Positions 1 to 9,696 of a stretch of DNA of 64,000 nt are shown piece after piece. This DNA is from Candidatus Micrarchaeota archaeon (lineage in GTDB: Archaea; Iainarchaeota; Iainarchaeia; JAADDC01): the NCBI GenBank assembly GCA_027046625.1, contig JALTXX010000016.1:5512-69511 (forward strand). Direction: 5' to 3'. A program made the translations under genes and the position numbers. The notes beneath the pieces were generated by a model. That model was given only the letters and a program-made list of their open reading frames with translations. It had not been told where the DNA came from and made no database searches. Each line of letters begins with the position of its first letter. Positions within the stretch are counted from its first letter, which is position 1.

Positions 1-128
1 AAGGCCTCATCTTGGCTATCTAATTTTGGAGTTGGACGGAATGGAGGATTTGCTTCCAATAATAAAGGAGAAAGGTATAGATGGAACAAGCGTAGATGTA
101 CCGGATATCGTAGATAGCCAACTTGATA

Positions 129-392
129 TCATTGTATGATGAAGGAGGTATCTCCCTTTTCATATCCCAAGATCAACTTTTTAACCTCCTTTTTGGTTCG
201 AAACGTATATATGATAATGGAATCCCCATCTTTTATAAGTTGTTTTAAGGTTTCCTTAACCAGCAACAATTGTGATGGGGTTAAATCCCCCTCAAAAACA
301 GAATTCTGCACCCAATGAAGATGTCTACGAAGAAAATTTCTTACTTTATCTATACGAGATACATCTACATCATAAACGATGATTACATACAT
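129..392 (-). CDS. cas2: CRISPR-associated endoribonuclease Cas2
   Basis: 87 aa, N-terminal MYVIIVYDV ... VQNSVFE pattern typical of Cas2; immediately downstream of cas1 on same strand. Confidence 0.85.
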   Translation of the reverse strand: MYVIIVYDVDVSRIDKVRNFLRRHLHWVQNSVFEGDLTPSQLLLVKETLKQLIKDGDSIIIYTFRTKKEVKKLILGYEKGDTSFIIQ

Positions 393-393
393 A

Positions 394-1353
394 CTACCAC
401 CATATTACGAGGGGTTGGTACTTCTCCATACCTAATAAATGTTTCACGAGCTTTAAAACCTCCAAGTGAATGAGTTTTCTGTAGCTTACGTTCTTCCTTA
501 GCTTTCTATGCCTAATTGTGCTTCTTAGTTTTTCCTCCCAATATCTCAAGAAGATAGCCTTCCCTTCATTGTTAAGTAGCACATTTCCTATATCCCCCTC
601 AAAGTGATGCTCTTTTAGTATCTTTTTATTTACCAAGTACAAAATTAGCCTATCCACTATAAACGGTTTAAATATCTCAGCAATGTCCAACGCCAAGCTA
701 AACCGCCTTTCATAAGGTTCGTGAAGGTACGAAATGCCGGGGTGAAGGGGAGTTCTTCTGATTTGGTTTAGAACCTCTGAATAGAGAAGGGAATACCCGA
801 AGCTTAATAATGCATTCCCCATATTAGACGGGGGTCTTCTGCTTCTTTCTCTTATGCGAAACTGTTCAGGTAATATGGAGTCCAAGAGAGAATAATATTT
901 TCTCTTGTATTCCCCCTCGAACCCCATAAGCTCCCTTACATTATCTATACCTTCTATTCTACCAAGATCAGGTTCAAACTCTATATTGTATTGTGAGAGT
1001 ACCCTTTTCACGTTTAGTAAGGCGCCTTCAACGAATCTTTTAGCGAGATACAATCTTTTTTCTCTGTTAATAAAATGCTCCGATTGTCTTATTACGAGAT
1101 CTCCGGACACTCTCTTCTCTCTTGGTAGAAAAGATCCTTCGTAGTTTCCATACATATCAAAGAAGTGTACTTCGATCCCTTTATTTCCCAATAGCAGCAG
1201 TATCTGGGACGATATGGATACTGGGGCTAGTAGGTAAATGCTTTCAATCCTCTCTATAGGAAGAGCACGTTTGTTTCCATCTTTGTCTATAAAGTAAAGG
1301 GTGTGGTGTTTGCGTACAATCTTTCCGGGCTTGGCTATGTAGAGGTTTGGCAT
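394..1353 (-). CDS. cas1: CRISPR-associated integrase Cas1
   Basis: 319 aa; Cas1-like sequence and size; 1-nt gap to cas2, 4-nt gap to cas4. Confidence 0.88.
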   Translation of the reverse strand: MPNLYIAKPGKIVRKHHTLYFIDKDGNKRALPIERIESIYLLAPVSISSQILLLLGNKGIEVHFFDMYGNYEGSFLPREKRVSGDLVIRQSEHFINREKRLYLAKRFVEGALLNVKRVLSQYNIEFEPDLGRIEGIDNVRELMGFEGEYKRKYYSLLDSILPEQFRIRERSRRPPSNMGNALLSFGYSLLYSEVLNQIRRTPLHPGISYLHEPYERRFSLALDIAEIFKPFIVDRLILYLVNKKILKEHHFEGDIGNVLLNNEGKAIFLRYWEEKLRSTIRHRKLRKNVSYRKLIHLEVLKLVKHLLGMEKYQPLVIWW

Positions 1354-1357
1354 ATTG

Positions 1358-1849
1358 TCACCCGAAGCACAGTTCTCTGTAAGCGCACTTTCTGCAATAA
1401 GGCTTCTTAATGGGTTTTGGAGGCTTGTCCTGTGAAAGTATTTTTCTTATATCCTGTAAGATCTGCTGAATGTGTTCAGTATCAGATACCTTTACAACTT
1501 TCTTTGTTGAGGGATAGTGTATGTAACCAATAGTGTCAATGCCCTTGGAGCGTAGCACATAAAGGTAGTACTTTACCTGTGCTATATCCGCCTCCTCTAA
1601 TGCATCCGATTTCTTGGTTTCATGTACTTCTAGTATACCACCTTTTCTTACAAAATCCACCTTTATCCTATCTATTAACAGTTCCTTCTCCTCACCCTTA
1701 TATCTAATCTCATGAAGTATTCTTCCCATCCTTACAAGCTCTGACTCCTCTTCCATGGTTATGCCGCGCGAGAACAACCATAGTTTTGTGGGGCACACAA
1801 CATAATAGTGTACCATCATCCCTGTTATGAGATCTTTATCAGTTAGCAT
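1358..1849 (-). CDS. cas4: CRISPR-associated exonuclease Cas4 (RecB-like nuclease with Fe-S cysteines)
   Basis: 163 aa; N-terminal CPTKLW and C-terminal CRKCAYRELC cysteine cluster typical of Cas4. Confidence 0.8.
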   Translation of the reverse strand: MLTDKDLITGMMVHYYVVCPTKLWLFSRGITMEEESELVRMGRILHEIRYKGEEKELLIDRIKVDFVRKGGILEVHETKKSDALEEADIAQVKYYLYVLRSKGIDTIGYIHYPSTKKVVKVSDTEHIQQILQDIRKILSQDKPPKPIKKPYCRKCAYRELCFG

Positions 1850-1886
1850 ATATGATGTATCGTTATCTACAATCTAAAAACACTAT

Positions 1887-3113
1887 TTAGACTAGATCCT
1901 TCCAGGTGAGAACGCCACCGTCCTTTGCTAGTTTAAAGTTTGTTGCCCTTAGAAAGCTAACAAGGGACGGATGCACGAAGCAACTCGGAGGTTCCAGCCT
2001 AAACACTCCTTTTTCTACAGGAATAAGTGCATGGTATGTGTTAGAGTATGGGAAAGGTTTTCCGTCGGAGATGACAATGTACGGGCCCTCCATAGCATGC
2101 TTAAACTGGTCAAAGGATCCCATAAGCTTGTAGAGTAAGAAGGCGTACTCCACGATATGATTGGGCACATAAAAACCATCTCCTCTTAAACCGATAATAC
2201 TTTTTGCCCATTCATATCCTACAAGCTTGGTATTCCAGAAATTGTGCAGTATTGATGTATTACCAGTTTTTTGAATGTATAATGCTAATGGAATTAGGCA
2301 AAGATTACAGTAACCCCCAAAAATCTCTCTAAGTTTCTTCAAAAGGCCGTTATCTGTTGTTATGTTCCCTACAACTCTTCTAAGATGCATGTCTCTAATC
2401 TTTTCAGGAAGGAAAGGATCCTCTGGATGGGAAAGTGCATATTTCAGAAACGTGTTTTCTTCATTTTCTATTACAAAGTAGAATGTATCTTTGTCTCTTA
2501 GAAGATTTAGTAGAGCTATAGCATGGGGGTGTGGAAGGAACTTTCTGATTACACTTTCGGGATGCTCAGAGTGCCATCTTATTGCCCCTATAGCTTCCCA
2601 AATATGTTTGATCCTGCCCTTAGGATACCAATGGGTATATATATCGACAGCTCTATCTACATCCTTCTCAAAATATTTCCATAGCCACTCCATAACATTG
2701 TCTGGCACGTATTCCGGTCCTAGATCAAGTGCTATCTCCAGCAATGTATTGGGATCTCCAGAGTACTCCACTCCTTTGTTCAGTATTGTCATAATTCTCT
2801 CCTTTTCTATTATATACATACCATCCTCTGCTGCGGACAACGCTGCAGAGTATATCCTTAGCAGATTCCAGAACTCTTTGTGTTTGTATGCACCTTTTTC
2901 AAATAGCTCCTCAATAACCCAATATAGCCTGTTGTAAGTAAATAGAAGCTCAGCTAACTCCCTAAATACCCTATCTCTATCAACCTCCCAAACTTCTACT
3001 AAGATTCTTGCTTGTTTGCCCGGAGGCAGACATCTTTCCCACTTATAGTATTCTCCTAGGTCTTTGTTTTCTCTTATCCTCTGTACGATATCTCTTACAG
3101 ATGGCACTTCCAT
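1887..3113 (-). CDS. uncharacterised protein, first gene of the cas4-cas1-cas2 transcription unit
   Basis: 408 aa complete ORF, 37 nt upstream of cas4, same strand; no recognisable motif. Confidence 0.5.
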   Translation of the reverse strand: MEVPSVRDIVQRIRENKDLGEYYKWERCLPPGKQARILVEVWEVDRDRVFRELAELLFTYNRLYWVIEELFEKGAYKHKEFWNLLRIYSAALSAAEDGMYIIEKERIMTILNKGVEYSGDPNTLLEIALDLGPEYVPDNVMEWLWKYFEKDVDRAVDIYTHWYPKGRIKHIWEAIGAIRWHSEHPESVIRKFLPHPHAIALLNLLRDKDTFYFVIENEENTFLKYALSHPEDPFLPEKIRDMHLRRVVGNITTDNGLLKKLREIFGGYCNLCLIPLALYIQKTGNTSILHNFWNTKLVGYEWAKSIIGLRGDGFYVPNHIVEYAFLLYKLMGSFDQFKHAMEGPYIVISDGKPFPYSNTYHALIPVEKGVFRLEPPSCFVHPSLVSFLRATNFKLAKDGGVLTWKDLV

Positions 3114-3144
3114 AGTACTTTTGATGTTTTAAAGGATAAAAACA

Positions 3145-3217
3145 TGCGCCGGCCGGGATTCGAACCCGGGTCGTCGGCGTGGAAGGCCGACGTCCTACCA
3201 GGCTAGACTACCGGCGC
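3145..3217 (-). tRNA. tRNA-Gly(TCC)
   Basis: hand-folded cloverleaf: acceptor GCGCCGG/CCGGCGC, T-loop GGTTCGAATCC, anticodon loop CTTCCAC. Confidence 0.8.
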
Positions 3218-3279
3218 ATGTGGCCCCGGCCAGAGACACCGGTTCATGGGTCTCCGGGCGTCGCAACCGGGGCCTCCCA

Positions 3280-3354
3280 CGGCCCCGAGGGGATTTGAAC
3301 CCCTGACCTTCGGCTCCGCAAGCCGACGCCCTATCCAGGCTGGGCCACGGGGCC
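3280..3354 (-). tRNA. tRNA-Arg(GCG)
   Basis: acceptor GGCCCCG/CGGGGCC, T-loop GGTTCAAATCC, anticodon loop TTGCGGA. Confidence 0.8.
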
Positions 3355-3357
3355 CTA

Positions 3358-3431
3358 AGCCCCGGGCGGGATTCGAACCCGCGACCTCCCGCTTACAAGG
3401 CGGGCGCTCCGCCGGGCTGAGCTACCGGGGC
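3358..3431 (-). tRNA. tRNA-Thr(TGT)
   Basis: acceptor GCCCCGG/CCGGGGC, T-loop GGTTCGAATCC, anticodon loop CTTGTAA; only 3 nt from tRNA-Arg. Confidence 0.8.
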
Positions 3432-3440
3432 ATGTTAGGA

Positions 3441-3515
3441 TGCTCCGGCCGGGATTTGAACCCGGGTCACGGGCTCGAAAGGCCCGCATGCTTGACCGGA
3501 CTACACCACCGGAGC
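3441..3515 (-). tRNA. tRNA-Glu(TTC)
   Basis: acceptor GCTCCGG/CCGGAGC, T-loop GGTTCAAATCC, anticodon loop CTTTCGA. Confidence 0.8.
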
Positions 3516-3540
3516 CTGCTAAATTAATGAAATGGTTAAC

Positions 3541-3547
3541 TTTTATA
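3541..3547 (+). promoter_or_regulatory. TATA box (TTTTATA) about 29 nt upstream of the proS ATG; leaderless-type archaeal promoter
   Basis: A/T box in otherwise GC-rich tRNA region; spacing typical for crenarchaeal leaderless genes. Confidence 0.4.
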
Positions 3548-3572
3548 GTGTTGCTGCACCACTAAATACACC

Positions 3573-5009
3573 ATGTCAGAGGAGTTGGGGGTTTCCCATC
3601 CTAAGAGTTCTTTCTCCCAATGGTACCTTGATGTGGTGAGAAAAGGGGGTTTTATAGACCAGAGAACTCCTGTAAAGGGATGTGATGTGTTTACACCGTG
3701 GGGGTATGGCATATGGGAAAGGATTATGCAGGAAGCTGATAAATTATTCAAGGAAAGAGGCGTCAAAAATGCTTACTTCCCTATGTTTATACCAAAATCC
3801 CTCTTAGAAAAAGAGTCTGAACATTTTGAAGGGTTTGTACCAGAAGTGGCGTGGGTAACCAGGGGAGGGAATGAGGAGTTGGATGAGTGGCTTGCCATAA
3901 GACCTACGTCTGAGACCATTATGTATTACATGTTTTCTCAATGGATTTCATCGTATAGGGATCTTCCTCTCCGGATAAACCAGTGGGTAAATATTGTTCG
4001 ATGGGAAACCAAGGCTACAAAGCCCTTCCTCCGCTCGAGGGAGTTTCTTTGGCAGGAGGGGCACACGGTTCATACCTCCTTGTCTGAGGCAGATGAAGAG
4101 GTAAGGGAGATGATAAAGGTTTATGACAGGGTTGTAAGAGGACTGTGCGCATTGCCCTATCTACTCCTTAGAAGGACAGAATCAGACAAATTTGCAGGTG
4201 CATATTACACAATAGCCTTTGATACATTTATCCCAGAGGCTGGAAGGATGTTGCAAGTTGCTACTGTACACAATCTGGGTCAAAATTTTTCCAAAGCGTT
4301 TAATATAACCTTCAAAGACAAGGACCAGAGAGTAAAACACCCATATCAAACTTCCTGGGGCTTCTCCACAAGACTTATCGGGGCGGCAATTGCTGTGCAC
4401 GGAGATGATAGGGGTGCCATCCTGCCGCCGGCGATAGCACCTATCCAGGTGGTTATCATCCCCATTATATTTAAGGGGAAGGAGGAGGTGGTAATGAACC
4501 ATGCAAAAAAGATTTACAACGAGCTAAAGAAAAGAGGAATCAGGGTTCATGTGGATGACAGAGAGTGGTACACACCCGGGTGGAAGTATAACGAGTGGGA
4601 ACTAAGGGGGGTTCCTCTTAGGATAGAGGTGGGCCCGAAGGATGTAGAGAGGGAAGGATTTACACTTGTAAGGCGAGATACGGGGGAGAAGATATTTGAG
4701 AAAAATATAGATACTATACCTTCTCTTCTTGAGGATGTACAGCGCAATTTATATACGCGCGCAGAGCAGAGATTGCGGGAATCTATTGTTGAGGCGAAGG
4801 ATATGGAATCTTTGAAAGAAGCTATTACGTCAAACAGAATAGGTAGAACCTATTGGTGTGGAGAAGAGAGCTGTGAGATAAATATCAAGGAGGAAACGGG
4901 CGGAGAGATAAGGGGATACAATCCAGAAGGGGAAGAAGTAGGGAATAATGTGTGTGTATACTGCGGGAAAAGGGCTAAGTATGTGGTTTATGTGGCTAAA
5001 TCTTGGTAA
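3573..5009 (+). CDS. proS: prolyl-tRNA synthetase (archaeal/eukaryal type, class II)
   Basis: 478 aa; class II aaRS motifs and ProRS-like sequence (FPMFIPKSLLEKE, C-terminal Zn-binding Cys). Confidence 0.88.
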   Translation: MSEELGVSHPKSSFSQWYLDVVRKGGFIDQRTPVKGCDVFTPWGYGIWERIMQEADKLFKERGVKNAYFPMFIPKSLLEKESEHFEGFVPEVAWVTRGGNEELDEWLAIRPTSETIMYYMFSQWISSYRDLPLRINQWVNIVRWETKATKPFLRSREFLWQEGHTVHTSLSEADEEVREMIKVYDRVVRGLCALPYLLLRRTESDKFAGAYYTIAFDTFIPEAGRMLQVATVHNLGQNFSKAFNITFKDKDQRVKHPYQTSWGFSTRLIGAAIAVHGDDRGAILPPAIAPIQVVIIPIIFKGKEEVVMNHAKKIYNELKKRGIRVHVDDREWYTPGWKYNEWELRGVPLRIEVGPKDVEREGFTLVRRDTGEKIFEKNIDTIPSLLEDVQRNLYTRAEQRLRESIVEAKDMESLKEAITSNRIGRTYWCGEESCEINIKEETGGEIRGYNPEGEEVGNNVCVYCGKRAKYVVYVAKSW

Positions 5010-5014
5010 ACGGT

Positions 5015-5713
5015 TCAAAGGGATGGGTAATGAAGGAAGAAGTTTAGTATTCTTAGAAATTTTAGCTGATTTTCTACCAATTCTGGATAAAGATATCCGT
5101 GTGGCGGAAGAGGATGTTTGAATACCTTGAGCTTTTTATCTTTGCTCAATGTGTTGTATAAAGGGTCTGAGATCACGTTATCGACCATCAGTATGTACCC
5201 ATCGTGTTTGGTGTTGTTTACAATCTTCCTTATGGTGTGAGGGAGCTCCTGTGAGGCGATGTTATAGAACTCCTCTGTTATGAGTTTTGTATGATCTATG
5301 TTGGCCACCTTGCTGGAGGTGGAGCCTCTACTGATAACGATAGACCCTATGGTGGGTGCCTTTGCATAGTAAACTTTTACATTCTTGTTTTTTGGAACGT
5401 TTACCTTTCTCAGAATCAACTCTATTCTTGAGAGATTGTTATCTGGTTCAAAGGGCATGCCCTCCTCTCCATAGGAGTGCACAATGATGGCAGGCCTCTT
5501 ATACTTCTTGAGGAGCTTGTTGATGGTGAAATCCTGGGGGTACATATCTCTTATGGCGCTCAGTAGCAACCTGAGGTCTTCAGAGTTTTTAATGTGGGGG
5601 CGAAGCATCTCAATGATGCGTGCAGGCGGTACTTCCTCCACAATGTGGATGTGCTTGGAGGATCCTCTAACCTTCTCAAAGAGAGATCTTAACACCATGT
5701 ATGTATAATACAA
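5015..5713 (-). CDS. hypothetical protein
   Basis: 232 aa ORF, coding-like composition, no motif recognised. Confidence 0.4.
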   Translation of the reverse strand: MYYTYMVLRSLFEKVRGSSKHIHIVEEVPPARIIEMLRPHIKNSEDLRLLLSAIRDMYPQDFTINKLLKKYKRPAIIVHSYGEEGMPFEPDNNLSRIELILRKVNVPKNKNVKVYYAKAPTIGSIVISRGSTSSKVANIDHTKLITEEFYNIASQELPHTIRKIVNNTKHDGYILMVDNVISDPLYNTLSKDKKLKVFKHPLPPHGYLYPELVENQLKFLRILNFFLHYPSL

Positions 5714-5728
5714 AAGGAGTATTTATTA

Positions 5729-6520
5729 CTACTCCTCATAGAATACAATGGCGGCATAGTCCACCACATTGCTATAATCCCCAGTTTTTAACCCGGAATG
5801 GGAAAAATGAAGCAACTCTGGTGTTAAACCAAGCCTTTTAGCCCAGAGAATGAGAGTAGTAACGGGTCCGTACCCGCAGGGAGAAGCTCCCAATTCTTTC
5901 ATCCTCTTTAGAAAGAGCCTTTCATCAAGCTTAAGTATTGCATCTATAAGCTTCATATCCATCTCTCTACCCTTATCTGCAGGTACGTAGTGGGAAAAGT
6001 CAGAGGAAGCAAGCAGTATAACATCCTCTGGGATGACAGCTGAAAGATCCTTTGAGTATTCCAAATCTTGGGCTAACATTACAATGGGCAAAAAGGAGAA
6101 GTTATCCCCAAACTTAAACTGAAGGAACGGCAATTGGACCTCGATTGAGTGTTCCTTTATGTGGGCCTCTACATCAAAGGATGCAAATGTACTATTTTCC
6201 ACCACGTATGATGCAAGCTCCTCATCCACCTTTGCATAACCTAGAGGTGTTACCCACTCTCCCCCAGGAAATACAGAAACAAGGGTTCCTAGACCGGTGT
6301 GGTTAGGACCTATGATAACAAATCTATCACCTTCAAGATGTTTATACACATAGGAAGCTGTGAGGCCGGAGTAAACATAACCTGCATGGGGAACAATAGC
6401 CCCTCTGATCCTTTTTCCATTGTAGGAGGGAACCTCTCGAAAGAAACTATCTATCATTGTAATGAGCTCCTCTTTTTTCAGAGGATAAAAGTAGCCTGCT
6501 ACCGCAGGATAACGTATCAT
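5729..6520 (-). CDS. Memo-like protein (AmmeMemoRadiSam system protein B / UPF0103 family)
   Basis: 263 aa; MIRYPAVAGYFYP ... VPHAGYVYSG signature of the Memo1 family. Confidence 0.75.
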   Translation of the reverse strand: MIRYPAVAGYFYPLKKEELITMIDSFFREVPSYNGKRIRGAIVPHAGYVYSGLTASYVYKHLEGDRFVIIGPNHTGLGTLVSVFPGGEWVTPLGYAKVDEELASYVVENSTFASFDVEAHIKEHSIEVQLPFLQFKFGDNFSFLPIVMLAQDLEYSKDLSAVIPEDVILLASSDFSHYVPADKGREMDMKLIDAILKLDERLFLKRMKELGASPCGYGPVTTLILWAKRLGLTPELLHFSHSGLKTGDYSNVVDYAAIVFYEE

Positions 6521-7122
6521 GCCTCAAATTCCTCCAACTTTACGGGGAATTTATCTCTATTTTCTATCATCCCTCTGTTTGCCATATATTCTCTTGCAAG
6601 GATGTAGTATATAAGGGCAAGAGATTTTTTGCCCCTGTTGTTACCTGGTATTGCAAGATCCACATTGGATAGTGTATTTCCACTATTTAGAATGGCAACA
6701 ACAGGAATGTTCACCTTTGCTGCCTCTAATACAGCTTCTCTGTCAGCAATAACGTCGGTAACAATCACAAGGGATGGTTCCATATACTCTTTACCTCCTG
6801 GATTGGTGAATGTGCCTGGCACAAACCTGCCGGCAACGTAATTGGCCCCTATAACCTCTGCAAACTTCTTTACTATACCCTGAGCATACTTCTTTCTGGC
6901 AACGGCCACAATTTCAGAGGCGTCGTATTGAGCTATAAACTTGCCCGCTATTCTTAGCCTTTCATCTATCTTTGCAATATCAAAAATGTTCAACCTATCG
7001 GGCCTTGTTTTGAATATAAACTGCTGCATATCCTTCGTTCGAGAGGTAGTACCGATGTGCACCCCAGCTGAGAGGTATAGCTCTACAGGCACCAGGAGCT
7101 GTCCTCCCTTGCGTTTGGCCAT
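6517..7122 (-). CDS. rps2: 30S ribosomal protein S2 (uS2)
   Basis: start trimmed to MAKRKGG; VPVELYLSAGVHIG uS2 signature; ORF-track N-extension (to 7215) judged spurious. Confidence 0.85.
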   Translation of the reverse strand: MAKRKGGQLLVPVELYLSAGVHIGTTSRTKDMQQFIFKTRPDRLNIFDIAKIDERLRIAGKFIAQYDASEIVAVARKKYAQGIVKKFAEVIGANYVAGRFVPGTFTNPGGKEYMEPSLVIVTDVIADREAVLEAAKVNIPVVAILNSGNTLSNVDLAIPGNNRGKKSLALIYYILAREYMANRGMIENRDKFPVKLEEFEA

Positions 7123-7178
7123 GGTAGATGATTTGGAGGGATAGCCTATTAAAAAGATCACCTGTCTTTCATGTTTCC

Positions 7179-8684
7179 ATGTTTGTAAGGAAGGAACACA
7201 TAGAGGCACTCGCATCCCTCAAGGATGGAAGGGTTGTAAGAGGAAACGTTGTAACAGAGTTATACGCTCAGGGCTTGATAGATAGGGACAAACACATAAC
7301 AGAAGCAGGAGAGAAGCTTCTTTCGCTTAGGTTGGGTGATGTGTTTATAGCTAGTGATGTAATAAAGATAGGGGAGTTGTATGAAAAAAGCAAGTATATT
7401 CCAGCCCTGTGGGAGGAGGAACTGGAAAGAAGAGGACTGCAAAAGGAAGTGCTGCCAAAAATACTAGATATATATAGAATATCCAAGCCAAATCTCATTC
7501 TCACACCTCAAATAACCTCCTTCATAGACGAGATTCCTCCGGCGGGAGAATACGACATATTGATCAAGGCAAAAGACGTGTATGGAGAAGGGATCATAAA
7601 CCTTATGCAGGCCATGAGATTGTTGTATATTTCCCCTCCTTATGAGAACGGAAGAACCTATGCACTCAGGGTGGGTGCCAGAAAACTCCAAGGGCTCCTA
7701 TCTCTGACGGGTACCATAGTATTGGAAGAGCGGGATATGAACGCTTTGAAGAGGGAGGAGCCCACGGAAAAGCTTATAGATTATGGATTGCAGGATAAGG
7801 AAGGAAAAACTACAGAGATGGGTCAGGTAGTAAGGGAGATATACACAGAGGAGGAGTATGTGAGACCGGTATATCTCTTAGAGGATGAAATAGAGGCTTT
7901 GAAGCGTTTGGAAGAGGGAAAAGAGATTGATAGAGGGACATATCTTATGCTCCAATTTAGGGGTATGTTGGATGAGAATGGAAATCCTACTCCCGAAGGG
8001 AAAAGACTTGCATCCATGGGGGAGATTACCCCAGAAGGGGCTAGAGCCGTGGTGTATAGCTATGTAGGTGAGTTCCCTCACAAAGAGTGGCTGGAAGCGG
8101 CAAGAAGAGAACGTTTAATAGACTGGTGGATAACCTCAAAGGGTGAACTTATGTTGGAATTCTCAAGGAAAGCTATTTCATTTCCCTACCTTACCAAGTA
8201 TGATGTTGCAATTTTGTTGTTCCTTCCGAGGAATGAAGGTAGGACGGTAGAGGAACTGGAGAAAGAGGTAGCTGATAAAGTGGGGAGGTTTGAGCGCGCA
8301 GTGGGGGAGGCTGAAAGCAAAGGATTCGTGAGAGTTTTGCAGAATGAAAGCGTAATCCTTACACCCTTTGGGGAGAGGATGAAGGAGGTTGTAGAGTATG
8401 CAAACACCACAGAGCTATTATCTAAAACATTTATAGTAACGCCGCACTCATGGAAGGTTATAAGGGCTATAGGAGAGCACCCAGAGGACATAAACAAGCT
8501 GTGGAAGAAGGCAGAAGAAAATAAAAGAGATTACTACGAGGAGCTAACTAAATATGTATCCAAGGAAACGAGAATAGAGGAAAAAGAGGTAGAGAAGATA
8601 TTAAAACTGCTTAGAATAACCGGATTCCTTGGAAGTAAATCCCTTACTGACGCTGGTAGAAAGCTCTTTAATATCCTTTCTTAA
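7179..8684 (+). CDS. hypothetical protein (about 500 aa)
   Basis: long ORF, divergent from rps2; start placed at MFVRKEH so that a shared A/T box (7143-7153) sits about 26-30 nt upstream; ORF track starts at 7128. Confidence 0.45.
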   Translation: MFVRKEHIEALASLKDGRVVRGNVVTELYAQGLIDRDKHITEAGEKLLSLRLGDVFIASDVIKIGELYEKSKYIPALWEEELERRGLQKEVLPKILDIYRISKPNLILTPQITSFIDEIPPAGEYDILIKAKDVYGEGIINLMQAMRLLYISPPYENGRTYALRVGARKLQGLLSLTGTIVLEERDMNALKREEPTEKLIDYGLQDKEGKTTEMGQVVREIYTEEEYVRPVYLLEDEIEALKRLEEGKEIDRGTYLMLQFRGMLDENGNPTPEGKRLASMGEITPEGARAVVYSYVGEFPHKEWLEAARRERLIDWWITSKGELMLEFSRKAISFPYLTKYDVAILLFLPRNEGRTVEELEKEVADKVGRFERAVGEAESKGFVRVLQNESVILTPFGERMKEVVEYANTTELLSKTFIVTPHSWKVIRAIGEHPEDINKLWKKAEENKRDYYEELTKYVSKETRIEEKEVEKILKLLRITGFLGSKSLTDAGRKLFNILS

Positions 8685-9671
8685 ACTGGGGTGCACCGCC
8701 ACAAACCAGTGAATACGGGATTCCTCTGCCCTCTTGAGAGATCTGATGAGGGGTGAAGCTTCTAATAAGCTCCTACCATCCTCTAGGAATACATCTGGCC
8801 TTGAATAAAAGGCTGGCCTGTGTCCAAGGATAACATTATCCTCTCCGTATCTTTCAGAGAGGGTCTCATAAACCTCTCTTGCCTCCTCCTCGCTTCCCTT
8901 AAATACAAGTTTATATAGTCTTCTGTTTTCTATGTAATCCCACCACTTACTATTTATAGATCTGAGAGCTGAAACAATAGAATACTCATCCATAGATTGT
9001 ATCTCCTTTGCGCTATAGTGGTTCAACAGTTCTCCTACGGCTCTGGCAAACATCATATCTACTATTAGGGTGGTTCTATGAAAGTATACGGCATCTCCTA
9101 GAATGAATCTTGCAACATAGAGGTGCTCCACATTGGAAAGAATGTCCTCCTTTATGATGATTTTGCCTTTTTCAGCCTCAATATGTCTTATGATGCGTTC
9201 CCAAGGTATAATACCTACCCTAACACCTGTAAAGTACGAGTCTCTAACTAGATAGTCCAATCTATCTGTTCCCACTCCTCCATCGACTAGTATATTATCC
9301 TTATTACGAAGAATTTCTCGCCAAGAGAATGTACTGTTCTCTAACATCTCCTTTACGAGATGTTCCGTATACTTTTCATGATCAAAGGGATACCCGTTCA
9401 ATGAGAGGGCTATCTCTGTAAGGTGGGAGAAGGGTCCATGCCCTACATCGTGTAGCAACCCATAGACCGATAGTCTTTCGTCTATGTGAGAGGAGATGTA
9501 ATACACACCAATTGAATGCTCGAATCTGGTATGATGGGCTGAAGGGTACACCATCCATGCAAGGGAGAGTTGAGATATTCTTCTAAGCCTCTGAAAGAGA
9601 GGATGATCAACAATCTCCTGCACGGGGCTGATGTTAATGTCTCCATGTATAGGATCTCTTATGTGTGCCAT
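8601..9671 (-). CDS. HD-domain metal-dependent phosphohydrolase (dNTPase-like)
   Basis: 356 aa; H...HD...D motifs (RFEHSIGVYY, LLHDVGHGPFSH). Confidence 0.75.
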   Translation of the reverse strand: MAHIRDPIHGDINISPVQEIVDHPLFQRLRRISQLSLAWMVYPSAHHTRFEHSIGVYYISSHIDERLSVYGLLHDVGHGPFSHLTEIALSLNGYPFDHEKYTEHLVKEMLENSTFSWREILRNKDNILVDGGVGTDRLDYLVRDSYFTGVRVGIIPWERIIRHIEAEKGKIIIKEDILSNVEHLYVARFILGDAVYFHRTTLIVDMMFARAVGELLNHYSAKEIQSMDEYSIVSALRSINSKWWDYIENRRLYKLVFKGSEEEAREVYETLSERYGEDNVILGHRPAFYSRPDVFLEDGRSLLEASPLIRSLKRAEESRIHWFVAVHPSLRKDIKELSTSVSKGFTSKESGYSKQF

Positions 9672-9696
9672 AAAACAATAGGAAAGAAAACTTATA

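Noticed and set aside
1-128. Possible CRISPR repeats or leader left of cas2
   Set aside because: No direct repeats of CRISPR length or spacing are present in these 128 nt; at most it could be part of a leader, which cannot be shown from sequence alone.
3246-3527. 93-aa plus-strand ORF
   Set aside because: It lies entirely across the four-tRNA cluster (Pro/Gly/Arg-rich translation of GC-rich tRNA DNA); spurious.
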